A DNA stretch of 62,938 bases, filler included, from Aduncisulcus paluster (taxonomy: Eukaryota): NCBI GenBank assembly GCA_024181965.1. It is 6 parts of 6 records of this genome, joined end to end, with 100 filler letters (N's around TTAATTAATTAA, not from the genome) between each part and the next. Parts side by side here need not be neighbours in the genome. Positions count along the whole stretch, not along the records: positions 9,687 to 37,475 come from BQXS01011084.1; 5 more parts are not named here. One strand, given 5' to 3'. Numbering within the stretch: the first letter of the stretch is position 1; every line of letters starts with the position of its first letter. The notes beneath the pieces were generated by a model. It saw only the letters and a program-made list of their open reading frames with translations, was not told where the DNA came from and did no database searches. Shown piece by piece: positions 13,141 through 23,783 of this stretch. A program made the position numbers and the translations under genes.

Positions 13141-13479
13141 CTACTTCTCAATAGGTGGAATAATCTCAATCTGAGTGTTATCTTCATCACTAATAGATAA
13201 TAAGCTCTTAGAAGAATGTTCACATGATTCATAAGGTATTATTCCCTTATATATGGGATCAATAGGCTGCTCTATTCTTTCTGGAGAGAAGGGCGAAATT
13301 TTGCTGTGTCTTTGACTTAAGCAAATGCTATCAGATATTTCTCGCCGTTGAGACACATCTCTCGGAATTGATTGATGTTTTGTCACTTGTTTTGCATGTA
13401 ACTCCGATGTGGAAGTGTGTTCATGTTCATATTTAAAAGAAGCAAAAAAGACAATGTCATCGGAATCCATTTCATCCAT
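13141..13479 (-). CDS. Small hypothetical protein (112 aa)
   Basis: ATG-initiated ORF filling the gap, divergent from the DUF62 gene. No recognisable motif. Confidence 0.4.
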   Translation of the reverse strand: MDEMDSDDIVFFASFKYEHEHTSTSELHAKQVTKHQSIPRDVSQRREISDSICLSQRHSKISPFSPERIEQPIDPIYKGIIPYESCEHSSKSLLSISDEDNTQIEIIPPIEK

Positions 13480-13744
13480 GATCTCGCGATTTAAGGTTTA
13501 CAGAGATAACACGAGCTGCAGAATGTCATCGTAAGTCAAAAACAAAAAGTTCGTACACGAAACCATTCGGTCAGGGTCGGTATTCTCCTCAAAAAATGGA
13601 TAAAAAGACTTAGATCCTGGTAATCTCGCTATTTCATTGCATTGTGATTCTTTTCGATTCTAATAAATGGCATTGGGACTTAATGACTACAGTTGTCAAA
13701 CTTTGACAACATGCGCAATTCTAGCCTCTTATTTCGTTGTTAAG

Positions 13745-14956
13745 ATGCCAATTACAATCTCATTTTGTTCGGATTTCGGTCTTGAAGACTATTATGTTGG
13801 CCAAGTTAAGCATGTTATTCGTCGAATTAGCCCTTCGACTTCTGTCATAGATCTCACCCATCAAGTCCCTCGTCAAAACGTTATCCTTGGGTCTTTGTTT
13901 GTTGCCAATACACTCCCATATGTGGGACCAAATACCATCCATTTGTCTATTATTGATCCATCTGTCGGAACCGAAAGGAAAGGAATTCTTGCAACCTTGC
14001 CAAACCCCTTTAAAGGAGTTATTATTGCTCCTGACAATGGATTTCTTCAGTATGTATGTCACTTTGCCAAGATAGATATCAATGACGTTCAAATTTATTT
14101 CATTCGTTCCACTCCAACTCCATTCGTTATCAGGCCTTTATTAGCTGAAGTGGGATGTACATTTGATGGTAGAGATCTTTTTGGTCCGGCAGCTGGGGAA
14201 TTGGCTCGCTTTATGATTGAAATTGGGGAGGAAAAACTTTCTGCTGCTGAAGATCGAATCTACCCAGATCCGATTGTAGATGAGCTTAGCGAAATGAAAA
14301 AGGAGGAAAAATTGGAAAATGAATCTGATATATTATCGCCTGATCCCATTGTTGTGACTCCATCCGGATCAGAAATGAAAAAAGTTGAGTCGAAATCTCT
14401 TGGGGAGATAACACCTGGTAAGATACACAAAAGGGGGGCTTTTTATCTCTTGCATGAAAATGACAAAGCCTCTATTTCCCTTGGATCCCTTGTATTGGAT
14501 CGAGCTGAAGAATCGGATTTAACCAAACCAGATATCGATTTGACGAGTAAGCAACTTTATTACATTTCTCGTACAATTGATAGTGATGTCCATTATGTCC
14601 ATGCATTTGTGTTACATGTTGACCATTATGGGAATTGTATTATTTCTGCTCCATATTCATGTTTTAAGAAGGCTGCCGAAGCTGATACAACATGTACCGT
14701 TGAAATTGGTGGAGAACTTCTTTCTGGAGATGAATATCAGGGAGCGAAGTTCTCAACAGCTGCAACCATTACTAAAGGTTATGCTTGTGTTGAAGTTGGG
14801 GAGTGGTGTATTACTGGAAATAGTTATGGACTTATTGAACTTGCAATTAACCAAGGGAATGCTCTTGAGGAATTGTCAGAGGAATATGAACCTGAAATTG
14901 ACGCTTCTTCGCTATTTATGACTTCAGTATTCATCACTTGGAATGAGGGTGAATAA
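13745..14956 (+). CDS. SAM hydroxide adenosyltransferase / SAM-dependent halogenase family protein (DUF62)
   Basis: Motifs SDFGLEDYYVG, IDLTHQVP, IIDPSVGTER, IAPDNG, TFDGRDLFGPAA, HVDHYGN and NSYGLIELAINQGNA. Intronless. The start at MPITISF matches the family N-terminus; an upstream ATG exists at 13667. Confidence 0.93.
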   Translation: MPITISFCSDFGLEDYYVGQVKHVIRRISPSTSVIDLTHQVPRQNVILGSLFVANTLPYVGPNTIHLSIIDPSVGTERKGILATLPNPFKGVIIAPDNGFLQYVCHFAKIDINDVQIYFIRSTPTPFVIRPLLAEVGCTFDGRDLFGPAAGELARFMIEIGEEKLSAAEDRIYPDPIVDELSEMKKEEKLENESDILSPDPIVVTPSGSEMKKVESKSLGEITPGKIHKRGAFYLLHENDKASISLGSLVLDRAEESDLTKPDIDLTSKQLYYISRTIDSDVHYVHAFVLHVDHYGNCIISAPYSCFKKAAEADTTCTVEIGGELLSGDEYQGAKFSTAATITKGYACVEVGEWCITGNSYGLIELAINQGNALEELSEEYEPEIDASSLFMTSVFITWNEGE

Positions 14957-15692
14957 TCGATTGAAGCATATTATTTTGATGGTGATAATGATAACAATAT
15001 ATGATTATCTTCAGAACCAATGATATTAATGTTTGCTTCTCGAAGTTCAAGACTTGAACCTGGAGTAAAAATTATAATTTATACTGATAGTTAGTGGGAT
15101 ATTCTGTTGTCATATTTTAAAACGGCGCGGTAGACCTTTTTGTGTAATATCAAGTGCAGTAATTGAATTGGTGACATCTCGGAGAATGAAAATTTTCCAT
15201 TAGATGATGAGATGATGAAATAGAAATAGTTCAAATTTGATTTAATCAATTTGATAAGGCTTTTGCCACGTCACCCACTGGCAGTCCGATATTTGATGAA
15301 AAAGAGATGCGTTTTCATTGGAAAATCCCATGCATTACATTTGAAGCAAAAAATTGATAATATAATTATTATATTATAATTTATTATTCATAATTCGGGG
15401 AAACAAGTGAGAGCCAAATCAGAAAAAGCACGGCTCTACCATATATACGTCTCGAAAGTCGTAACATGGTGGTGAAAAGTAACGGAGTAGAAAGTTAAAA
15501 AGCGAAATCGTTTCAAAAACAATGATATACATTATTTAAAGGCGATTTGGTGGTTTGTTAAACAATATTATATTATAATGATAATAATTTAACATGCGAA
15601 AAGTTCAATGATTCTGATATATATATAGATAGATAGATATCAGATATATAAAAACAATATTTCATTGTAAAATCAAAATAAAAGGAGGAAAT

Positions 15693-17536
15693 TCAAAGAC
15701 AGATCGAATCATCGTCATTAACATCAATTTGGGTCCAATCAATCAAATTATTCTCAGCAAATTGGTACAACATTGCAAAGAAATCTTCTCCATACCACAC
15801 ATCTTCGTCAACCAGTTTAAAAATTCCCCTTGAACCTCCATAGCGAAATCTGCTATCTCCCTTGGATAAGAGGGTCCACTGGGGACACACGACAGTTGAT
15901 AGCACAACGGTCAGCATAAGTTCGAGAGTGGATGCTGATGGATATGGTTCTGAAGAAGCTGATATAGAGACCCCATAGGCGTCCATGGGGAAATACATTC
16001 CATTGACGATATTATGGATGTTATAATTGGAGGTGGGCTGGACAACAATGGTCAGAACCACATCGGTAGATACTATATCCTCTGAATCTTCCATCCATTG
16101 CTGAGTCTGCTGGTTGAACACAGAGAACTGGATTGACATGGGGGCATAAAGGGCAATTGCACCAGGCATCATGTCAGGATTTGGATCATCTGTCATGGTG
16201 TATGCCATTTTGATTGGAGAATCGCTGGAAAGGGATGAAACGGATGAAGGGAGCGAAGAGAATAGAGCAGAGAGAGTGGATAGAGAGAAAGGGAAAGAGG
16301 AAAGACTTGAAGGAAGCATCGACGCATCAACTGTTCCATCAAATGAACCACGNNNNNNNNNNNNNNNNNNNNCTGGATTGACATGGGGGCATAAAGGGCA
16401 ATTGCACCAGGCATCATGTCAGGATTTGGATCATCTGTCATGGTGTATGCCATTTTGATTGGAGAATCGCTGGAAAGGGATGAAACGGATGAAGGGAGCG
16501 AAGAGAATAGAGCAGAGAGAGTGGATAGAGAGAAAGGGAAAGAGGAAAGACTTGAAGGAAGCATCGACGCATCAACTGTTCCATCAAATGAACCACGGGG
16601 ACGATATGTATGGATGAATGAAGCTATAATGTGGGGTTTACAAATCACTTGGAAATGATTATTAGTCACAATAAAGGGAGGGTCAGAAAGATTGGGAGGA
16701 ACGTCATAATAGTCAGAATCTGTCCCATAATACGTGGCTGTGTTGGGACTTGAGGAATAGTTATCAGTGGTTACATTGTCGAAGGGCATTCTGTAATCAA
16801 TGGCGGTCTCATCATCGATCACTTTACATGTCACAGGAAGGAAAAAGGAGCTCACCAATTCATTTAAAACTTGAGCAAATGTGGAGTTGATAACGTCTTG
16901 AATCCCAGTTTGTATTTCAGGGCTCAGAACAGAGAGGAGTTCAGAAATAATATCAGACCCGGTGGCAGAGATATTGAAATCGCCGAGATTTATATTGATC
17001 TCATCTACATTAAACGATTGGCAATAATTTACGCTAATTATTCTCATAGATCCCTGAAGAGACACATTTGAACTATCGATCACGATCGAGGCCGATCCAT
17101 ACGTATATGGCCAAGTCAAAAGGCGGAAACTAAAGTCAAAACTGATTCGAAAAGTTGCATTATATATACCAATCGTATATCCAGACTCTGCAGAGGTGAA
17201 AAAGGTTAAAGAAGAGGCCGAAAACGTATCAACCGAAATATCATTGAAATCTAACTGCATTTTGCCTAAAGGAGTAGTGACATCAAATTCAAAAGGATCA
17301 ATTTGAATCGACAAAAGCAAATTCTCAATAATTTCAAGCGCGATAGGAGCAGCATATTCCATTCCGGAAAGAGGAGTAGTATAATAAAGAAAAACTTGTA
17401 AATTGTCGTTAGGGGCGGAAATTGAGTCATTTAAATCAAGCGGAAAGAAGGGAGAGGGAATAGACGAAACAGAAACAATATGGGGAGAAAAAAACAGTAC
17501 AAAAAAAACTGAGAGTGAAAACACAAAGCGATGCAT
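15693..17536 (-). CDS. BPI/LBP-like (TULIP) secreted protein, ~532 aa after collapsing an artefactual duplication
   Basis: Signal peptide MHRFVFSLSVFFVLFF, then TPLSGMEYAAPIALEIIENLLLSIQIDPFEFDV and IDDETAIDYRM. Removing 245 nt (duplicate plus gap) fuses ORFs 16193..17713 and 15693..16319 into a single 1599-nt frame. Confidence 0.78.
16128..16597. other. Scaffolding artefact: 225-bp exact duplication flanking a 20-N gap
   Basis: 16128-16352 is identical to 16373-16597. Confidence 0.9.
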
Positions 17537-17755
17537 AAATAAATAAATAATAAAGCGAAAACCAAGATATTCTCGACTCATTTGTAACAAAATTGCGATC
17601 CTTGTGTGTGTGATCAGATTGATCAAAAGGAATATATGGGTTTCAATCTTAATGCTGTCACTATTTAAATTAAACATCATGTATATTGTTGGAAATTTTG
17701 TGTAAACTTGCATAAAAGTTAAAAATAATAGAGATAAGAACTAAAATTCAAAAAT

Positions 17756-17827
17756 TGCCGAGACGGAGAATTGAACTCCGATTTGCCGGACCACAACCGG
17801 CTGTAATAACCATTATACTATCTCAGC
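17756..17827 (-). tRNA. tRNA-His (GTG)
   Basis: GCTGAGA/TCTCGGC acceptor stem, GCCGG-TTGTGGT-CCGGC anticodon arm, CGGAG-TTCAATT-CTCCG T arm, discriminator A and a downstream T5 Pol III terminator. No encoded G-1 or CCA. Confidence 0.95.
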
Positions 17828-18033
17828 GGGAGTAGAATTTTGTGGAAATTTCTTATGTTATAATAAAATCAAAAAATCGTTTCAAATTCATATATAAATG
17901 ATTAAAATAATCAAGATATTTACTTTATATTAATTATTTGTTCATTGTTGGCTCAATATTGATCTTCAATCATCCTATTCGGAAATCTGGAAAGGAAATC
18001 AAAAAATCTTTTCGTTTTGAGAAAATATGACTC

Positions 18034-20155
18034 ATGCAGTTTGAAGAAACTCTCGAAAATGGAGTTCAATATACAGAACAAGGAGCTGGAAGTGGTGCTA
18101 AGGCTTATGGTGTCTTTATTGCACGTGATCACGCTTTACATAGTGCTGGGCATGCTATTGCTCGAACAAGCCGTACTGCTACTATAGCAGCCTCGAGGAA
18201 ACGTCTTGTTACCCTAGCCCAGGCTCTAAAAATGCAGGAAACCCATGTTGATCAAAGTCAGAGATTATATATGCTTTGTATTGATAAAGGATGTGTAAAA
18301 GGCCATCCCAAAAATTTAGTTTCAACCATATGTCTTTATATTACTGCTCGTAGAAATAATCTTCCTCTTCTATTGCTTGATTTCATGGAGGCATCTAAAG
18401 CCGGGTTATATCGGTTAAGTAAGATATATATAAAAATTATTAAGACTCTCGATCTTCATTTATCAATTGTGGATCCTACAATATATTTGGCTCGTTTTTG
18501 TTCCGCCCTCTTGCTTCCACAAAGCAAAGCTCGAGAAATTGTCAAGACTTCGACAGTTTTGATAAAACGAATGAAAATGGACTGGATTACTATTGGTAGA
18601 AATCCATGTGGTATTTGTGGCGCTGCTCTTTTCCTTGCCTGTCGTCTTCATGGGGAGTTTAAGACAAAAGAAGAGATTAGCGATATTGTTCACATCTCTA
18701 AAGAAACTCTTGAACTCAGACTTAAAGAGATACAAGCATCTGGGTTTGGTTCTGCCCATGTCAAAGATATTCAAAATGATGTTCGCTCAATATTAGAAAT
18801 TGAATCCGAAGCATTACCTCCGGTGGAGAAAAAGAGGATTAGAAAGGAAGGAAAGGAAAGGCAACATAGGAAGAAATGGGAATTAATTCAAGTGGAAGAA
18901 GGAGAGGAAGAAGAAGAGAGAGAGGAATCGGAAGAGGTAGAAGAAGAGGATATGGAAGAGGCGGAAGAAGAGGCGGAAGAAGAAGAAATCGACAAAGAAA
19001 TTGAAGAAGAACAAGAAAAGGAGCTTCAAGAAGAAGATCTTGAAGAGCAGGCTCAAAGTGTTAGAAGAGATTAGCGATATTGTTCACATCTCTAAAGAAA
19101 CTCTTGAACTCAGACTTAAAGAGATACAAGCATCTGGGTTTGGTTCTGCCCATGTCAAAGATATTCAAAATGATGTTCGCTCAATATTAGAAATTGAATC
19201 CGAAGCATTACCTCCGGTGGAGAAAAAGAGGATTAGAAAGGAAGGAAAGGAAAGGCAACATAGGAAGAAATGGGAATTAATTCAAGTGGAAGAAGGAGAG
19301 GAAGAAGAAGAGAGAGAGGAATCGGAAGAGGTAGAAGAAGAGGATATGGAAGAGGCGGAAGAAGAGGCGGAAGAAGAAGAAATCGACAAAGAAATTGAAG
19401 AAGAACAAGAAAAGGAGCTTCAAGAAGAAGATCTTGAAGAGCAGGCTCAAAGTGTTCAGGATAATCGTTCCATGAAAACTATGGCAACAATATCTAAATT
19501 ATTCGAATCGATGGATAAAGTCAAGAAAAGTCAAGATAGAATTGTGTATATGATGGAAAATGGTGAGATTCGTTCTTCCGAAGTTGGAAAACGTCGTCAT
19601 ATGAATGAGGAAGAGGAAGAGGAAGAGGGAATTGATTTATTGAATTCTCAGCCTTCTCGGACATTTCTTTCCTCAAGTTCAGATCCAAAGAGCTCAACTA
19701 ATAATCATTCTGTCATTGTTCTGCAAGATTCCAAAATCCCAAAACTTGAAGATCTTACCCCTCTCCTGGAATCATTCATTGTGTCTTGTCCGGAGCAGTT
19801 AGAGACGAGAAGAACACTTTGGGAAGAGAGATACAGTGCTGTATATGCCCGGATGCAAGCCAAACGAAGGATTAAACAACGAGATGAGGATGAGAAAGAG
19901 AAAGAGAAAGAGAAAGAGAGAAGCAAGAAGAAGAGAGCTCTGGAAAAGGAAGGAGAAAGTTTGCAGTCCAGTCGAATTGACTATGGAGCCCTTCAATCTC
20001 TCTTGGGAGATGCTCCCATCACTTCAGAGCCCCTCGTATCTGCTCAAATTACTCATCAGGGAGAAATTGAAGCCGTGGGAGAGCCAGAGGAAGAAATGGA
20101 AGAGATGGAACACGAATTTGAATTCGAATTGGATGGACAATCCTCTGTTTTTTAA
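18034..20155 (+). CDS. BRF1: TFIIIB subunit BRF1 (~575 aa after removing a 394-bp duplication)
   Basis: TFIIB cyclin repeats (CLYITARR, IVDPTIYLARF, RMKMDWITIGRNPCGICGAALFLACRLH) and a C-terminal BRF homology block (ESFIVS...RRTLWEERYS). Collapsing the duplication gives one 1728-nt frame. Confidence 0.9.
18669..19456. repeat. Perfect 394-bp tandem duplication inside BRF1
   Basis: 18669-19062 is identical to 19063-19456, with no N gap. It shifts the frame. Confidence 0.9.
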
Positions 20156-20276
20156 TAGTATGGTATTCTATGGTATTCAAAATCATTCCTCGTGTGGTAA
20201 TCGCAATAAAAATGATTTGGTGTGGTTCACAATTTACTTCTTTTATACCATAATGGTAGATATCACTGATATCATA

Positions 20277-22886
20277 TCACAAATCGAGTTCAGCCACCAA
20301 ATTCTTCACCACAAATTGTGATCTCTTCATGGTGGCATGCCCACTTTGACTTACAGAAAGTCCGGCCACTCTCCGTATTACTCTCTTGGTGGATGTGCCT
20401 GAGTCAACAGGAGTTTGAGTGGAGGAATCTTTTGGAGGGAGCGCCTCAACAAATTCATCCCTCTTAAAGTGAGACCTGTCTGTCTGAACGGCATGAGTCC
20501 GTTTATGGGTGATATTTGTCAAATGGATGGCCAATTTCCTCAGTTCCCATTCACTTGAGGTGTATTTGGTATCTATATGTTTCTCTACAAAATGGATAGG
20601 TGTCTGTATTCCAAATTCTACAATAGCGTCGGACTTTCTACCCTGAATATCCAATAGTTCCAAAGGCTCGAACAAATTAGCGAGATAGTCAGCGTAATAA
20701 TCATTGGCCTTTCCAAATACGCTACATTGGCACATAGCAGAATAGTCTGTCAAAAAGCTGAGTGTCTTGATACGAGAGAAACCATGGCCAGCAACATACT
20801 CTCCGCTATCATACTCGTTGGCCTCGACAGGATCAGGGCCAGCCACATCGACTTGGTTTGCACTCGTCGCAGACGGAATAGCAGACGGAGCAGGTGCACA
20901 TGAACACCGAGCCTCAGCTGACGAAGGGGGGTGATTAAATAAACAAGGAAACCCGCGACGAGATGTCAATCCACTGCCCCATGACGGAGACTCATAGATC
21001 TTGTGTTCTACAATGCCCTGGACAAGGTCACCAATGCCACAAAGAGCAAGAGGGAGATGAGCAGGAGAGGCAAGAGGGAGTGAAATGAGAGAAGCTACGA
21101 CTCCAATGGTATCTGTGAGGAAACTATCCTTGCTCATCTGAGTATCAAAGACAGATATGCTTGGGAGAGAGGTGGGGAGAACAATGGAGTGGGTGTATGT
21201 ATGAGAGGGTTGAGAATACGGCACAAATGGAAGTGTGGGGTTCGACAGAGTGGGGGAGCAGAGTGTTTCTGGGTTTTTAGGAGCAGGAGCTGAGATAGAG
21301 GAGTCAAAGGAGTATTCTTTCATTTCTCTTAAGAACCCTGGACGTGATAGACTCATTCCAACAATCGTGGAAAGATCAGAATTGCCCATAAACCTTGGGA
21401 AGAACATGTTCTGCTCAGGAGAGAGAGCCTTGTACTGCTGGAGCTCGTGTAACCATGAAACATCATTCAAGACCTCGAGTGTTGTCGAAGCTATATCGCG
21501 TGAACCTTCCTTAGCAACTCCACGGAGCCTCTTCTTCTCAAGCTCACTCTCTTTCTCCTGCAGAGTCCTGATCCATGTGAGATCATTGATGGCATCAAGA
21601 GACTCAATGAGAGAGAGACCAAAACCTGAACAGATCGGAGGGAGGGAGAGAGAACTGGAGTCTGAGGGAAGGGAAGTCGTCTGTTTCTTCTCACGTTTCT
21701 CTTTTTCATCCAAAAAGGCCTGACGAACAACAGAACTGCCATGAATAGGTTTTGGACGTCTTTTTTCATAAATGTATCGAATGCTATACTTGGAATCATC
21801 AAGATATGACATCAAGCCAACAATTCCGGATTGAAGAATAGCAGCAGCGGAACAGCAGATGGCAATAGTATCATATAGAGATGCAACGTGGCTAAAATGA
21901 GGGAAAATTTGGTTTTTAGCAATAATAGATTTTCCAGTGACAAAATTTTCAACGGTAATTTGAGCTTTTTTAAACTCAGTGAGAGTATTACCCATTTGAA
22001 GGGTTATTTCGGCAAAAATTACTTGGTACCTCGTCAATAATAATCGAAGAATAAATCTATTATTGGATTCTTTAATTAAAGCTTTTGATAAACGGAGTAA
22101 GGCTGCGTCAACAGTCGAAGAATCAGCACTATCGCCTATTCCATGTGAATGGAGATATTTAATGATGATTGGTGTATAAAATTCATCATATTCTCTTTTT
22201 AAATCGGAAATTGTTGAATTAAGCTTGGCCAAATTGCTGTTAATGGTGGCCATCATTCCATCAAGTTCTGCTGTTGGGGGAGCATTTAAAAACCTAATTC
22301 CATGGACAATTTCACACAAATCATTGAGTTGTTCCCAGGCGGGATTCTGATCATCCGAATCTATCGATTGTTTGAAGATCAAGATTTGCTCTTGTGGTAG
22401 AACAGAAGCAAGGGCAGAAGCAGTATCAGAGGCCAATATTGCACTATCAGCTGCAGTTTTTAGATCACTGGGATGGGCAATTGTGGCAATAATATGAGTA
22501 CTTTTACAGAAATCAACCAACCTTTCAAAAACTTGGGTATTGACATGAAGATCACGCAAATCTATCATTGCAAGGTTACAATCTCTTCTCCTTTTTCCAC
22601 GTAGATCTCGAATTTGTTCAAAATAATCAGTTAACGACTGAGAATAATCAGATAGCATGCGAAGTGTATAAGGAACAGGATCACCAGGTGCTAGCAATAT
22701 AGTTTTACAATATTCTGTTATTTGTTCAAAAGTCTCCGATGAAAGTGGTTTATCGGGCTTGATTTGACGGAATGAATTGATAAGAACAGATCGACACACA
22801 AATTCTGCAAGATGCTCAGAAACTGGCCATCTTGCGATTCTGCATTCATTCACTACTTGTGAAACTAATCCAGGGATAGGTTTCAT
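20277..22886 (-). CDS. CFAP206: Cilia- and flagella-associated protein 206
   Basis: Diagnostic C-terminus GIQTPIHFVEKHIDTKYTSSEWELRKLAIHL...THAVQTDRSHFKRD...PKDSSTQT, plus the N-terminal VSEHLAEFVCRSV and QLNDLCEIVHGIRFLN. Confidence 0.88.
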   Translation of the reverse strand: MKPIPGLVSQVVNECRIARWPVSEHLAEFVCRSVLINSFRQIKPDKPLSSETFEQITEYCKTILLAPGDPVPYTLRMLSDYSQSLTDYFEQIRDLRGKRRRDCNLAMIDLRDLHVNTQVFERLVDFCKSTHIIATIAHPSDLKTAADSAILASDTASALASVLPQEQILIFKQSIDSDDQNPAWEQLNDLCEIVHGIRFLNAPPTAELDGMMATINSNLAKLNSTISDLKREYDEFYTPIIIKYLHSHGIGDSADSSTVDAALLRLSKALIKESNNRFILRLLLTRYQVIFAEITLQMGNTLTEFKKAQITVENFVTGKSIIAKNQIFPHFSHVASLYDTIAICCSAAAILQSGIVGLMSYLDDSKYSIRYIYEKRRPKPIHGSSVVRQAFLDEKEKREKKQTTSLPSDSSSLSLPPICSGFGLSLIESLDAINDLTWIRTLQEKESELEKKRLRGVAKEGSRDIASTTLEVLNDVSWLHELQQYKALSPEQNMFFPRFMGNSDLSTIVGMSLSRPGFLREMKEYSFDSSISAPAPKNPETLCSPTLSNPTLPFVPYSQPSHTYTHSIVLPTSLPSISVFDTQMSKDSFLTDTIGVVASLISLPLASPAHLPLALCGIGDLVQGIVEHKIYESPSWGSGLTSRRGFPCLFNHPPSSAEARCSCAPAPSAIPSATSANQVDVAGPDPVEANEYDSGEYVAGHGFSRIKTLSFLTDYSAMCQCSVFGKANDYYADYLANLFEPLELLDIQGRKSDAIVEFGIQTPIHFVEKHIDTKYTSSEWELRKLAIHLTNITHKRTHAVQTDRSHFKRDEFVEALPPKDSSTQTPVDSGTSTKRVIRRVAGLSVSQSGHATMKRSQFVVKNLVAELDL

Positions 22887-22979
22887 GATGATCTAAATGT
22901 ATGTGCAACAAAACCATGAATTCAGTTTTTTTGTTTTTGCTTGCGTTCACGGGAAGGAGACGTAATATTTTTCCCCATC

Positions 22980-23530
22980 ATGTCAGAAATTAGAGATATT
23001 CTTGAAAAAGATGAGGATAAATTTCAAATAACTAAGTTTTGTCCTGATTGGTATGTTTTTGGATTGATCGATTCTCTATGACCTTGAATGCTATTGAATT
23101 GATTTTTAGAATTTATTATTTGATATACGATAAATTTTTATTTTATTTTAGCCAAAAATTGCTTGACCCAAGGATTTCTCGAGTAGTTTATCCTGATGGT
23201 TCTTCAGCACCTCAATTTATCCTTAAATGTCATTTTTGTCCATACGATGAGCCAGTAGAAACTCAAAAAGAGGTTTTTGTTCGTGATTTGACGCCAAATA
23301 TGGTTGATCGTGCCGCCAAACGTACTTTTGCTTCTTTGAGGCTAGATCCTACTTTTCCTCGAATTGTTGGGGATTGTCCGAACTGCCACCACCACGTTGC
23401 AATTCCTTATCAGTTACCCACATCAAAATTCGATCAGAAAATGGAAAGAGTGTTGTTTTGTGCTAAATGTGGGACAGAATATAAGGAAAAGGCTGATATT
23501 CCAGATGGACAAAAAGATGAAGAAGAATAA
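22980..23530 (+). CDS. RPB9: RNA polymerase II subunit RPB9, 2 exons
   Basis: Intron 23051-23151 (GTATGT..TAG). Splicing restores the first Zn ribbon FCPDC...CHFC; the second is DPTFPR..CPNC...CAKC. It lacks the RSADE acidic loop of RPC11/RPA12. Confidence 0.85.
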
Positions 23531-23783
23531 TATCATAATATTAACAATGTGGGATACAAGAGTTTGAGAATCCAAGTGATATTAGCATGTAGCTAAGCTA
23601 CAGAACTACTGTAAGCAAGTTTCATTTTTAGATTTAGAGATTTTTAGAATATAAAGCATATATTAAATATTGAAACTTATTTCATTAAAGAAATAAAGAA
23701 ATATAACTGATTGTTTTTTCTTCCTGTCATCCGATTTTCAGATTTGATTTTTTGTGCTATTTCATGAAATAACATTATATATT

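Noticed and set aside
15457-15471. AAGTCGTAACATGGT, resembling the SSU rRNA 1492 region
   Set aside because: Only ~15 nt match, and the flanks lack helix 44/45 and any other rRNA sequence.
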